DNA from: Myxococcota bacterium
GTDB lineage: Bacteria; Myxococcota; JACRCW01
Assembly (NCBI GenBank): GCA_040752415.1
Contig: JBFMGU010000236.1
Coordinates: 1-16,615 of the forward strand
Reading direction: 5' to 3'
DNA length: 16,615 nucleotides
The notes under the pieces were generated by a model. It searched no databases. It had not been told where the DNA came from and saw only the letters and a program-made list of their open reading frames with translations. This document shows positions 7,613 through 16,594 of the stretch, one piece after another. Positions within the stretch are counted from its first letter, which is position 1, and each line of letters starts with the position of its first letter. The position numbers were made by a program, and so were the translations under genes.

Positions 7613-8794
7613 TCATTGCGGGAAGAACGCGGCCTGAAGGTAGGTCTGGTAGAACGTGTCAGCGTTCGCGGACCCAGCCTCACCGTCGCCGCTCCAGGAC
7701 CAGCCGTTCAAGTAGAATGTGTGGTCCCCCGCCCCCACCTGGAACACCTCCTGAAGGACCACGGTGTGCTGGGTAGCCTCTGAAACCGTCGGGTAGGGCG
7801 CTGGGATCTCGAACCAATTGTTGGCCCCAGTGGCTTCTTCGGTGCAACTCGAGCTGCTTCGCGCGATCACGAGCTCAATCTTGTCCGCGGTACCCTGTAC
7901 GTGCTTCAGCGAGACGTGCGCTGTGGCCTGCACCACGACCCGGCCCGCTGTCGGCGCCGTTATCGTCACCTCGGCGCCTGTTGGGTGCGTGCAGGGGAGG
8001 AACGGGATGACCTCGGTATGGGAAGCGCTGCTCTCGGCCATCCTTGGCGCCGGCGCACCATTGCACGCGTACGTTGTCACCCCTCCCACGGTGAACGCGC
8101 TGCCTCCGTAGGTGCAGTTCGTTCCCGCCGGCTCCGACGCGCCCACCACCGACTCACCTGCCGGCCCCTGCGGACCCGTGTTGCCCGCGGGCCCTTGGAT
8201 GCCCTGCGGCCCCTGCGGACCGGTGTTTCCCGTCGGACCTTGCGGGCCCGTGTTTCCCTGTGGTCCCTGCAGTCCCTGCGGCCCCTGAAGGCCCTGCGGC
8301 CCCTGGGGACCCTCCGGCCCCTGGGGACCCTCCGGCCCCTGCGGTCCTTCCGGCCCCTGCGGTCCCTGCAGCAGCTCCGGCTTCCCGTCGACGTCATTCC
8401 AGTGCACGTAGTCCGCCACGTCCGCCACCGACGCGCGCACCGCGAACGGAACGGCGCCCACGCGCACGCGCGGCAGCGTGTCGTACGCGCTGGTGACGGG
8501 GTCGCGCACGCTGACCGAGAGATACGCGTCCGGCGTCGGCGAAGAGAACAGCGCGCCGATGTCGTCCTGGAAGAGGCCGTCGTTGACCTGCACGGGGTGG
8601 TCGCCGATGGTGCCGATGACATTGCCGCCCGTCGGCGCGTCATACAGCCGGTACATGATGGTGTACATGCCGGTTGGTGCCGGGGAGCCGTTGTCCAGGA
8701 GTGTGGCACGGTAGATGACGGAGCCCGGTGTGTTGGCCTGGGCCACACTGGCGGCGAGCATCAACGCAACGACGAGGGACATGTTCACACGCAT
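7613..8794 (-). CDS. Secreted collagen-like fibre protein (N-terminal domain related to 5579..7588, collagen stalk, C-terminal beta-sandwich-like head)
   Basis: Signal peptide ending [12 protein letters not shown]...[11 protein letters not shown]...AVPFAVRA domain; 24 G-X-Y triplets; [11 protein letters not shown]...YACNG motif. ATG 8794 has AGGAG 8 nt upstream; the alternative ATG 8812 overlaps the upstream stop. Confidence 0.85.
   Translation of the reverse strand: MRVNMSLVVALMLAASVAQANTPGSVIYRATLLDNGSPAPTGMYTIMYRLYDAPTGGNVIGTIGDHPVQVNDGLFQDDIGALFSSPTPDAYLSVSVRDPVTSAYDTLPRVRVGAVPFAVRASVADVADYVHWNDVDGKPELLQGPQGPEGPQGPEGPQGPEGPQGPQGLQGPQGLQGPQGNTGPQGPTGNTGPQGPQGIQGPAGNTGPQGPAGESVVGASEPAGTNCTYGGSAFTVGGVTTYACNGAPAPRMAESSASHTEVIPFLPCTHPTGAEVTITAPTAGRVVVQATAHVSLKHVQGTADKIELVIARSSSSCTEEATGANNWFEIPAPYPTVSEATQHTVVLQEVFQVGAGDHTFYLNGWSWSGDGEAGSANADTFYQTYLQAAFFPQ
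8150..8365 (-). repeat. Collagen G-X-Y repeat (24 triplets)
   Basis: [72 protein letters not shown], with 9/18-bp DNA periodicity. Confidence 0.95.
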
Positions 8795-8808
8795 GCTGCA
8801 CACTCCTG

Positions 8809-9537
8809 TCATGGCCCGGGCGTGATGGTGCCGCCCACGATTTCGTAGCGGGCGCCGGCAGCCGCACCGGGGACCAACTCCAGCTCACCCTGCACCGACC
8901 AGCGCGCGCCCTGACCCGTGTTGAGCGGGACGGAAACGGCCGCGTCACAGAGGCCGAAGCGCGCCCCGTTGACGGACTGGTCGCAACGCGCGGTCCCCCC
9001 GCCCGAGCTGCTGGACGAGGACGCCGACGACGAAGAAGAAGACGATGATGACGACGAAGAGGACGATGCCGACGACGCGCTGGACGACGACGAAGCACCC
9101 CCTGAAGAGGACGACGACGAGGGCGCGCCCGACGACGAAGTGGATGCACCACCGCCGGACGACGAAGACGCGCTCGACGACGCGCCCGAGCTGCCGCCCC
9201 CCGACGAGCTCGAACTTGTGGAGGACCCGGGTTCCCCCGAGGAGGATCCACCCGACGAGGAGCTCGCTCCCGAGGTGGAGTCCCCAGAAGACCCCGAGCT
9301 GCTCGCACCTCCGGACGACGACGAGGAGGCGGTGGTGGTGGAGGCGGTCCCGCTGGAGGAGGAGCTGCTGAGGCCCGGCAGCGTGCAGACCCCATCCGCG
9401 CAGACCTTCCCGTCGGGGCAGTCGTTGTCCACGACGCACCCCGGGGGCGGCGACTCGTTGTCGTTGGGCTGCGTCTGGGGGCAACCCAGCGCCCCGAGCA
9501 CAAGACAAGCGAGGAAGGTGGAGAGGCGCAGCTTCAT
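8809..9537 (-). CDS. Lipoprotein: Cys-rich motif, long Ser/Gly linker, small C-terminal beta-rich domain (module 2 putative anchor)
   Basis: From ATG 9537: [19 protein letters not shown] (lipobox). Then [18 protein letters not shown], about 120 aa of poly-Ser/Gly, and C-terminal [26 protein letters not shown]. Confidence 0.8.
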   Translation of the reverse strand: MKLRLSTFLACLVLGALGCPQTQPNDNESPPPGCVVDNDCPDGKVCADGVCTLPGLSSSSSSGTASTTTASSSSSGGASSSGSSGDSTSGASSSSGGSSSGEPGSSTSSSSSGGGSSGASSSASSSSGGGASTSSSGAPSSSSSSGGASSSSSASSASSSSSSSSSSSSSSASSSSSSGGGTARCDQSVNGARFGLCDAAVSVPLNTGQGARWSVQGELELVPGAAAGARYEIVGGTITPGP

Positions 9538-9656
9538 GACGTCACGGTCCTGGTGCGTATCACCGGCCCCGTGAGCCTTCAATGCGTCCTGGCGCGTTTC
9601 CCGTTGACGGGGCGCGGTGGTGGGGGCCATAGGGCGCACCCTGACGGAGGTGAGTC

Positions 9657-10877
9657 TTGTTGGGTCCCCTGCCAATGCTTCCGCCCGAGCTGTCCGAGCG
9701 GCGGGTGGCCTTGGTGCATGACTGGCTGGTGTCCACGCGCGGCGGTGAGAGCGTGTTGGCGTCGTTGTGTCGTCTGTTTCCGGGCGCGCCCATCCACACG
9801 CTGTTCCACGAACGCTCGCAGATGCTCGGCCCCGTGGGTGAAGCCATCAACGCCCATCCCATCGTCGTCTCGCCGCTGCAGAAACTCCCGGGGGCCCGCA
9901 GGGTGTACCGCGCGTTGCTCCCGTTGATGCCATACGCCATCGAGTCGTTCGACTTCCGCGACTTCGACCTCGTCATCAGCAGCAGCCACTGCGTGGCCAA
10001 GGGCATCATCGCGCCGCCCACGGCGCTGCACGTCAGCTACATCCACACGCCCATGCGCTACGCGTACGAGCAGATGCCGGAGTACTTCGGCGACGGACGC
10101 CTGCCCGCGCTGGGGCGCCTCCCCATCCAGGTGGCCATGCACCACCTGCGGCTGTGGGATCAGCTCACGGCCGCGCGCGTCGACACCTTCGTGGCCAACA
10201 GCCACCACGTGGCCCGGCGGGTGATGGCGCGCTACCGACGGGAAGCCACCGTGGTGCACCCGCCCGTCGACATGGACCGTTTCAGCGTGGGGGCCCCGCA
10301 TGAGCGCACTGGCCGCTTCCTGATGGTGGGCGCGTTCGCGCCGTACAAGCGCGCTGACGTCGCCGTCGAGGCGTTCAACCGCCTGAAGCTGCCCTTGGAC
10401 ATCGTGGGGGAGGGGCAGGACAAGAAGCGTCTGATGGCCATGGCGGGTCCCACCATCCGCTTCCTGGGCCGTCTCTCCGACGAGGAAGTGACCCGCGTGT
10501 ACCGTCAGGCGCGCGCATTCATCTTCCCCGGCGAGGAGGACTTCGGCATCACGCCGCTGGAGTCCATGGCGAGCGGGACGCCGGTCATCGCGTTGGGGCA
10601 GGGGGGCGCGCTCGAGACCGTCGTCGATCTTGTCGAGGGAAGCCGCGCCACGGGCGTGCTCTATCCCGCCGCGAGCGTCGAGGGGTTGGTGGGGGGTGTG
10701 GAGCGCTTCCTGGCCCATGAGCGTGAGGTCTCCCCGCACGCTGCGCGCGCCCAGGCCATGCGCTTTGCGCGTCCGCGCTTCGAGGAGCAGATGGTGGCGG
10801 TGCTGAAACAGGCCATGGCGGCCAAGCGCGCGTCGTCCGTTCCCAGCCGCGAGGAACGACCGGACCCGGCTTGCTGA
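9657..10877 (+). CDS. GT4-family glycosyltransferase
   Basis: VALVHDWL...GGESVL, YIHTPMRYAY, YKRAD and EEDFGITPLESMASGTPVIA motifs. GGAGG lies 6 nt before TTG 9657; alternative ATG at 9675. Confidence 0.93.
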   Translation: MLGPLPMLPPELSERRVALVHDWLVSTRGGESVLASLCRLFPGAPIHTLFHERSQMLGPVGEAINAHPIVVSPLQKLPGARRVYRALLPLMPYAIESFDFRDFDLVISSSHCVAKGIIAPPTALHVSYIHTPMRYAYEQMPEYFGDGRLPALGRLPIQVAMHHLRLWDQLTAARVDTFVANSHHVARRVMARYRREATVVHPPVDMDRFSVGAPHERTGRFLMVGAFAPYKRADVAVEAFNRLKLPLDIVGEGQDKKRLMAMAGPTIRFLGRLSDEEVTRVYRQARAFIFPGEEDFGITPLESMASGTPVIALGQGGALETVVDLVEGSRATGVLYPAASVEGLVGGVERFLAHEREVSPHAARAQAMRFARPRFEEQMVAVLKQAMAAKRASSVPSREERPDPAC

Positions 10878-10919
10878 CGGCGATGAACTGAACCAGGACC
10901 GGTGGGGCCGTGCGCTGGA

Positions 10920-10949
10920 TTGGCACGGAGAGCGCCCACTCGCTAGAAT
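10920..10949 (+). promoter_or_regulatory. Putative sigma70-type promoter of ccdAB
   Basis: TTGGCA-N18-TAGAAT about 40 bp upstream of ccdA. It is followed by the inverted repeat ATGCG-N11-CGCAT (possible operator) and a GAGG RBS. Confidence 0.45.
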
Positions 10950-10991
10950 GCGCACGACGTCTACGCATGGACGCTGCACATCGAGGTACGC

Positions 10992-11243
10992 ATGGCCGAC
11001 CAGCCCCTCTACGACCCAACCGCGACGAAGCGCCCGACCAACTTGAGCATCAACAGTGACCTGTTGCGCCAAGCAAAGGGCCTCGGCATCAACCTTTCCC
11101 AGGAGTTCGAGCGCCACCTTGCCTCTCTTGTTGCGGAGCGGCGCAGGCAAGCATGGCTCGAGGAGAACAAGGAATCCCTGGACGCTTACAATCGTCACGT
11201 CGAGAAACACGGCGTCTTCAGCGAGGGTTTGCGGAAATTCTGA
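10992..11243 (+). CDS. ccdA: Type II antitoxin CcdA
   Basis: KRPTNLSINSDLLRQAKGLGINLS...WLEENKESLDAYNRHVEKHGVFSEGLRKF, a characteristic CcdA (RHH plus C-terminal WxxEN motif). Confidence 0.93.
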   Translation: MADQPLYDPTATKRPTNLSINSDLLRQAKGLGINLSQEFERHLASLVAERRRQAWLEENKESLDAYNRHVEKHGVFSEGLRKF

Positions 11244-11560
11244 TGCCCCAGTTCGACGTCTTCCGGAACCCGGGTCCTGGCGCTCGGACGGGCATTCCGT
11301 ACCTCCTCGATGTCCAGTCCGACCTCCTTCGTCACCTGGCCACGCGCGTCGTCATCCCGCTATGTCGTCCCTCCGTTCTGGAGGGAAAGCCCGCCCGCTA
11401 CCTCAATCCAGCCTTCGAAGTGGAGGGGAAGACCGTACTGTTGTTGACGCCTCAGATCGCCGGTGTTCCCAAGACGGCGTTGGGCGTCCGGGTAGGGAAT
11501 CTCGCCAAGGAACGCGACGCCATCATCCGCGCGGTAGACATGGTTCTTGCGGGTATCTGA
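11243..11560 (+). CDS. ccdB: Type II toxin CcdB family
   Basis: ATG overlaps the ccdA stop (TGATG). MPQFDVFRNP...PYLLDVQSDLL...TRVVIPL...LNP...IIRAVDMVLAGI; 105 aa. Confidence 0.93.
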   Translation: MPQFDVFRNPGPGARTGIPYLLDVQSDLLRHLATRVVIPLCRPSVLEGKPARYLNPAFEVEGKTVLLLTPQIAGVPKTALGVRVGNLAKERDAIIRAVDMVLAGI

Positions 11561-11581
11561 GCGCTGCACCGGTTCTGGGCG

Positions 11582-13360
11582 TCAAATCACCGACGCTTCC
11601 TGCAGCGCGTGCAGCCGCGCGTAGTACCCACCCAGCGTAATCAGCTCGTCGTGGGAGCCCTGTTCCACGAGCTGGCCGCGCTGCATGACCAGGATGCGGT
11701 CACAGCCCGTCAGCGTGCTGAGCCGGTGCGCCACGATGAGCGCGGTCCGTCCCTCCAGCAGCTTCGCCGTTGCCACCTGCAGCAGCCGCTCGGTCTCGGG
11801 GTCCACGCTCGCGGTAGCCTCGTCGAGGATGATGCACGGCGGGTCGGCCACCAGCGCGCGCGCAAACGCGAGCAGTTGCCGCTCTCCGACGCTGAGGTTG
11901 ATCCCCCGCTCCTTGATGTTCGCTCCCAGCCCGCCGACACGCTCCACCAGCACCCGCGCCTGCACGGCTTCCAGCGCGCGCCACAACTGCTCGTCGCTGG
12001 CGCTGGGAGCGCCGAAGCGCAGGTTGTCCGCCACCGTCCCGGAGAACAGGTGCACCTCCTGCGGCACGGCGAGGATGTTCCTCCGCAGCGTGCGCAGCTC
12101 CATGTCCTGCACGTCGGTGCCGTCGACGGTGATCATGCCGCGCCCGGTCTCGTAGTGTCGGAGCAGCAGGCGCGTGAGCGTGGTCTTCCCGCTGCCCGTC
12201 CGACCCACCAGCGCAATCTTCTCACCCGGCTTCACGTGGAAGGTCACGTCGCGCAGGGCCACGTTTCCGCCGCCGTACGCGAACGTGACGCGCTTGAACG
12301 AGAGCCCCTCCTTCAGCGCGCCCAGCTTCACGGGCTCCTGCCGCTCGGTGATGTGCTCCGGCTCGTCAATCAACGAGAACACGCGCTCGGCGCCGGCCAG
12401 CGCGCTCTGCACCAGCGTGTACTTCGTCGAGAGGTCGCGCACGGGCAGGTAGAAGCGCTGCAGGTACTCCACGAACGCCACCGCCACTCCCAGCGTCTCC
12501 GTCCCGCCGAGGATCTCGCTGCTGGCCATGACCAGCAGGATCGCCACCGACGTGGTGCTGACGGATTCCACGAACGCGTAGATCCCCGCGTCGAGCGCAA
12601 TCGCGCGCTGGTTGGCCTTGCGGTACGCGTCGTTGATCTCGTCGAACTTGCGTGCGGTGCGGGCTTCCTGGCCAAAGAGCTGGACCACCGCCATGCCGCT
12701 GATGTGCTCCTGCAGGAACCCGTTGAGACGGCCCACCTGCGTGCGCACCTCGCGGAACGCCTCGCGCGCGGCCCGGCGGAAATAGTGCACGCCCACCGCC
12801 AGCAGCGGGAGCACCACGAACGCCGCGAGCGTGAGCCGGGTGCTGGTCCAGAACAAGAGCGCCGCCGTGGCGACGAGGAACAGGATGTCGCCCAGGATCG
12901 TGATCGACCCGGAAGCGAACAGCTCCGCGAGGGACTCGACGTCGCTGGTGACGCGGGTCATGACGCGGCCCGCGGGCGTGCGGTCGAAGTATGCCTGGTG
13001 CAGGCGTTGGATCTTGCGGAACAGGGCGAGGCGCAGGTCGCGGGTGACGCGTTGACCCATGAGCTGCATCGCGGAGAGCTGGATGAACTGCCCCAGCGTC
13101 TGCACCATGAGCGCGGCGAGGTAGAGGAAGCCCAGGTTCGCCACCGCCTGCGCGGCCTCGGGGGAAGGACCCTTCTGTAGGACTCCGTCGACCACCCGGC
13201 CCAGCAGGTACGGCTGCAACAGCGCGCTGGCGTTCAGCGGCACGTAGAGCAGCAAGGAAAAGGCGAACAGGACCCGGTGCGGGTGCATCAGGCGCACCAT
13301 CCGCCGGATGAGCTGCGGGTCGTAGGTGTTCTTGAGCAGCTCGTCGGGTGCGGCGCTCAT
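11582..13360 (-). CDS. ABC exporter fused TMD-NBD half-transporter (MdlB/YheH/TM288-like subunit)
   Basis: Membrane domain, Walker A GRTGSGKT, degenerate signature LSVGERQ, Walker B IILDE, H-loop AHR. ATG 13360 overlaps the upstream stop (ATGA). Confidence 0.92.
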   Translation of the reverse strand: MSAAPDELLKNTYDPQLIRRMVRLMHPHRVLFAFSLLLYVPLNASALLQPYLLGRVVDGVLQKGPSPEAAQAVANLGFLYLAALMVQTLGQFIQLSAMQLMGQRVTRDLRLALFRKIQRLHQAYFDRTPAGRVMTRVTSDVESLAELFASGSITILGDILFLVATAALLFWTSTRLTLAAFVVLPLLAVGVHYFRRAAREAFREVRTQVGRLNGFLQEHISGMAVVQLFGQEARTARKFDEINDAYRKANQRAIALDAGIYAFVESVSTTSVAILLVMASSEILGGTETLGVAVAFVEYLQRFYLPVRDLSTKYTLVQSALAGAERVFSLIDEPEHITERQEPVKLGALKEGLSFKRVTFAYGGGNVALRDVTFHVKPGEKIALVGRTGSGKTTLTRLLLRHYETGRGMITVDGTDVQDMELRTLRRNILAVPQEVHLFSGTVADNLRFGAPSASDEQLWRALEAVQARVLVERVGGLGANIKERGINLSVGERQLLAFARALVADPPCIILDEATASVDPETERLLQVATAKLLEGRTALIVAHRLSTLTGCDRILVMQRGQLVEQGSHDELITLGGYYARLHALQEASVI

Positions 13361-15200
13361 GCCACCTGCTCCTTCTGGCTGGCGTCCATCTTCTCCAGGT
13401 CCCGCAGCACGCGCTCCCGACCCCACAGCGCCGCGTATCGGCCGCCCTTGCGCAGCAGCTCCTCGTGCCCACCCCGCTCGACGATGCGCCCCGCGTCCAG
13501 CACCACGATCTCGTCGGCGTCCTTCACCGCGCTCAAGCGGTGTGAGATGACCACCAGCGTGCGTCGGTGCGCCTCGGCGCGCAGCGCGTGGAGGATCTTC
13601 TCCTCCGTCTCCGCGTCGACGGCGCTGACGGTGTCATCCAGCACCAGCACCCGCGGCTCGCACAGGAGGGCGCGTCCCAACGCCACGCGTTGCCTCTGCC
13701 CACCGGACAGCGTGATCCCCTTCTCCCCGACGACGGTGGACCAACCCTGCGGGAGCTGCGAGATGTCCTGCTCCAACGAGAGCAGCTCCACCACGCGCTT
13801 GACCTCATCCTCGCTCGCGTCCGGGCGACCGAAACGGAGGTTTTCGAGGATGGACGTGCTGAACAGGAACGCCTCCTGCGGCGCCAGTGCCACGTCGTGA
13901 CGGAGCGAGGGGAGGGCGCGGGCACGGACGTCCACGTCGTCGACCAGGACGGCGCCGGTGGTGGGATCGCGCAAGCGCGGCAGCAGGCCCGCCAGCGTGC
14001 TCTTCCCACTCCCCGTCCCCCCCACGACACCCAGGAACCCACGCGCCGGCAGCGTGATGTCCACGTCCTGCAGCGTCCAACGCGGCGCCTGCTTCTCTGC
14101 CGTGCGCTGCACCCCCACGCTCCGCAACCCCACGGCGCCCTCACGCGCAGGCGGCGCGACGGGCTTCCCGGCCGACGCAATCGTCGGGGCCACCACGAAG
14201 ATCTCGTTGAGCCGCTCCAGCGACGCCTTCCCGCGTTGCCACACGGCGAGGATCCAGCCCAGCGCCAACGTGGGCCACGCCATCAGCGCCAGCCGGCCGT
14301 GGAACTCCACGAGGTCACCGACGGTGATGTGCCCCGCCAGCACGCGGTGCGCGCCGTACCACAACGCCACCAACGCGCTCCCCGTCCCCAGCAGGGCCAT
14401 CACCGGTCCCAGCAGGTTGCGCGTGAAGGTGAGTCGGATGCTGCTCTGGTAGTAGCGCTGGTTGACGGCCTGGAAGCGCTCCACCTCCGCTTCTTCCTGC
14501 GCAAAGGCCCGCACCACGGCTTCAGTCCCGCCAGGTGCTCCTGGATGCGCGTGGATAGCGCGCCCAGGTCCTCCTGGTTCACCTTGGTCATCGAGAACAC
14601 ATTGCGCGCCACCACCCGCACCACGACGAGCACGATGGGGTAGGGCGCCATGCACGCCAGCGCCAGCGGGAGATCCAACTGGATGAGCAGCGGGATGTTG
14701 CCCGCGTACGCCACGAAGGTGTTGATGAGGTTCAACGTGGCAAACCCCAGCAGCAGGCGCACGTTGCTGAGGTCGTTGATGGCGCGCGACATCAGGTCGC
14801 CCACCGGGCGCGACTCGAAGAACTCCTGCGGTTGCGCGCAGAGGTGCGCATAGAGGTCCTGGCGCAGCCGGTATTCGATGTCACGCCCGACGTTGAACAC
14901 ATACACGCGGCTGAGCACGCGCGTGCCCGCCATGAGCAAGGAAGCGCCCACCATCCACAGCGCAATCTCCACCATCTGCTGCAGCGGAAGATGCGCGCGC
15001 AATCCCTCGACGCCACGGTTGAGCAGCCGCGGCAGCCACAGGGACATGCCGTTGGTGATGAGCAGCCAGAGCACGCCCCAGAGGAACGCTCCGGTGTGCG
15101 GACGGAAGATCTGTCCCAGCGTGCGGCGTCCCACACGCGCTGCCACGAACTCGCTCACGGTGTCACTCCGTGGCGCGGACATTCCTGTCTGCGGCGTCAC
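13357..15200 (-). pseudogene. ABC exporter half-transporter (MdlA/YheI/TM287-like subunit), frameshifted near 14521 (true pseudogene or sequencing error)
   Basis: The N-half (14400..15200 frame) reads to ...QEHLAGL and the C-half (13357..14655 frame) continues AVVRAFAQE.... It has Walker A GGTGSGKS, signature LSGGQRQ and Walker B VLVLDD. Confidence 0.85.
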
Positions 15201-16594
15201 TGGGCGAAGCCGGCGCAGATGGCTTCCAGGCAGCCCTTGACGGTCTCACCGTTCTGTCCGGCGGGAAGGTCCTGGCAGCGGAAGCCGCGCGGGCAGTCGT
15301 CGGCGGTGCGACAACCCACCGAGCAGAACTTGCCAATGGTCTCGGTGCCGCCGTCTGCGTTGCTGCGCTGCATCTCGTAGCAGTGGCTGGCCTGGTTGAA
15401 GCGGTTGATGTCCGAGCAACCGTCGTCGTCCTCGCAGGTGCGGCAGAAGGGATCCTGGAGGTTGAAGCAGTCTCCCGTGGCGATGCCGCTGGGACACGCC
15501 TCGCCGCCCGCCGCGTACAGTTCCTGGCCGCAGCAGAACTGGCCCACGTTGCAGGACAGCTCCTTCCCGCGGCATCCCTGGTCCCGACACTCCCCGTTGT
15601 CGCAGATCTCGAACGCGCCGCACTGTTCCTCGGTGTGGCAGCCCGGCACGCAGGTGCGCGTGGGGACGTCGCAGATGGTGCGGGCGAGCGGGCACTCGGT
15701 GTCGTCGTCACAACCGGCCTGCTTGCAGTAGCCCTCGGTGGCATTGCTGCACTCATAACCGGCTGGGCAGGCCTGCGCCGGGCACATGGCGCCGTAGCGG
15801 CCCCACTCGTGACAGATGCGGTCGGTTCCCACCGTGGCGCCGGGCGCGCAGCCGTTGATGCACTGGCCGTACGTGGGGCTGGGGTCCAGGCTGCAGATCT
15901 TCCCGGCGGGACAGTCCTCGTCGTAGAGGCAGAAGGCCAGGCACACGCCCTGCCGCGGGTTGGTCTCCTCGTCGATGTACGTGGTGCAGTACGTGCCGTC
16001 GGGGCACTGCGAGCTGTGCGTGCAGGGGACCGCGCCAATGCAGCTCCCCACCTCGGGCGCCACCTTGCAGCCGCCGTTCTCACACACGAATCCCTGCGAG
16101 CATCCCGCGGGGCTGTTGCAGGCGATGCCGCAGTACTTCTGCCCGCTGCCGTAGTCGATGCACTTGTTGGGCAGGCCCAGGTTGGGGTTTTCGCCGCACT
16201 GCTCGTCAGCGGTGCAGGGGCCGCAGCTCGAGAGCAGACGACGGCACACGCGCGCGGAGGGATCGCAGTACGCGGGTTGGGACGGGAAGCCGCAGTCCTG
16301 GGAGCCGCCCACGTCGCATTCCCCGCACACGAAGCCGGCGGGATCGCACGTCACGCCGGTTGAGCATCCCCCGTCGCCGGCACAGATGCCGCCCGCTCCG
16401 CAGTCCTGGTCCAGTGCGCAGCTGTTGCTCACCAGGCCCGCGTCGAATCCACCGGAGGTTCCGCCGCCGGATGATGATGACGACGACGTGAGTCCACCGC
16501 CCGGAGGCGTGGGCGTGCCGCTGGTGTTGGGACACGCGCCCAGGGCAAGGAGGGCAAGGGAGGCAAGGGAGGCGGGCAGGAGGAGGTTGCGCAT
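15197..16594 (-). CDS. Cys-rich repeat lipoprotein (myxobacterial-type C-x2-D-x2-C-x5-C repeats)
   Basis: MRNLLLPASLASLALLALGA-C lipobox, short Ser/Gly linker, then many repeats (CALDQDC, CTADEQC, CLYDEDC, CDDDTEC, CRTADDC). Its stop overlaps the ABC gene start (GTGA). Alternative start GTG 16603. Confidence 0.85.
   Translation of the reverse strand: MRNLLLPASLASLALLALGACPNTSGTPTPPGGGLTSSSSSSGGGTSGGFDAGLVSNSCALDQDCGAGGICAGDGGCSTGVTCDPAGFVCGECDVGGSQDCGFPSQPAYCDPSARVCRRLLSSCGPCTADEQCGENPNLGLPNKCIDYGSGQKYCGIACNSPAGCSQGFVCENGGCKVAPEVGSCIGAVPCTHSSQCPDGTYCTTYIDEETNPRQGVCLAFCLYDEDCPAGKICSLDPSPTYGQCINGCAPGATVGTDRICHEWGRYGAMCPAQACPAGYECSNATEGYCKQAGCDDDTECPLARTICDVPTRTCVPGCHTEEQCGAFEICDNGECRDQGCRGKELSCNVGQFCCGQELYAAGGEACPSGIATGDCFNLQDPFCRTCEDDDGCSDINRFNQASHCYEMQRSNADGGTETIGKFCSVGCRTADDCPRGFRCQDLPAGQNGETVKGCLEAICAGFAQ

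Noticed and set aside
5579..8794. Prophage or tailocin remnant
   Set aside because: The fibre-like genes have Sec signal peptides and lipoprotein partners. There are no baseplate, sheath, capsid, integrase or lysis genes in the window.
8918..9574. 218-aa Asp/Glu-rich plus-strand ORF
   Set aside because: It is the antisense shadow of the poly-Ser codons of the minus-strand lipoprotein, which has a lipobox and operon coupling.
10921..10935. sigma54 promoter for ccdAB (TGGCACGGAGAGCGC)
   Set aside because: The spacing fits but the -12 lacks T(T)GC. A sigma70 -35/-10 pair explains the site better.
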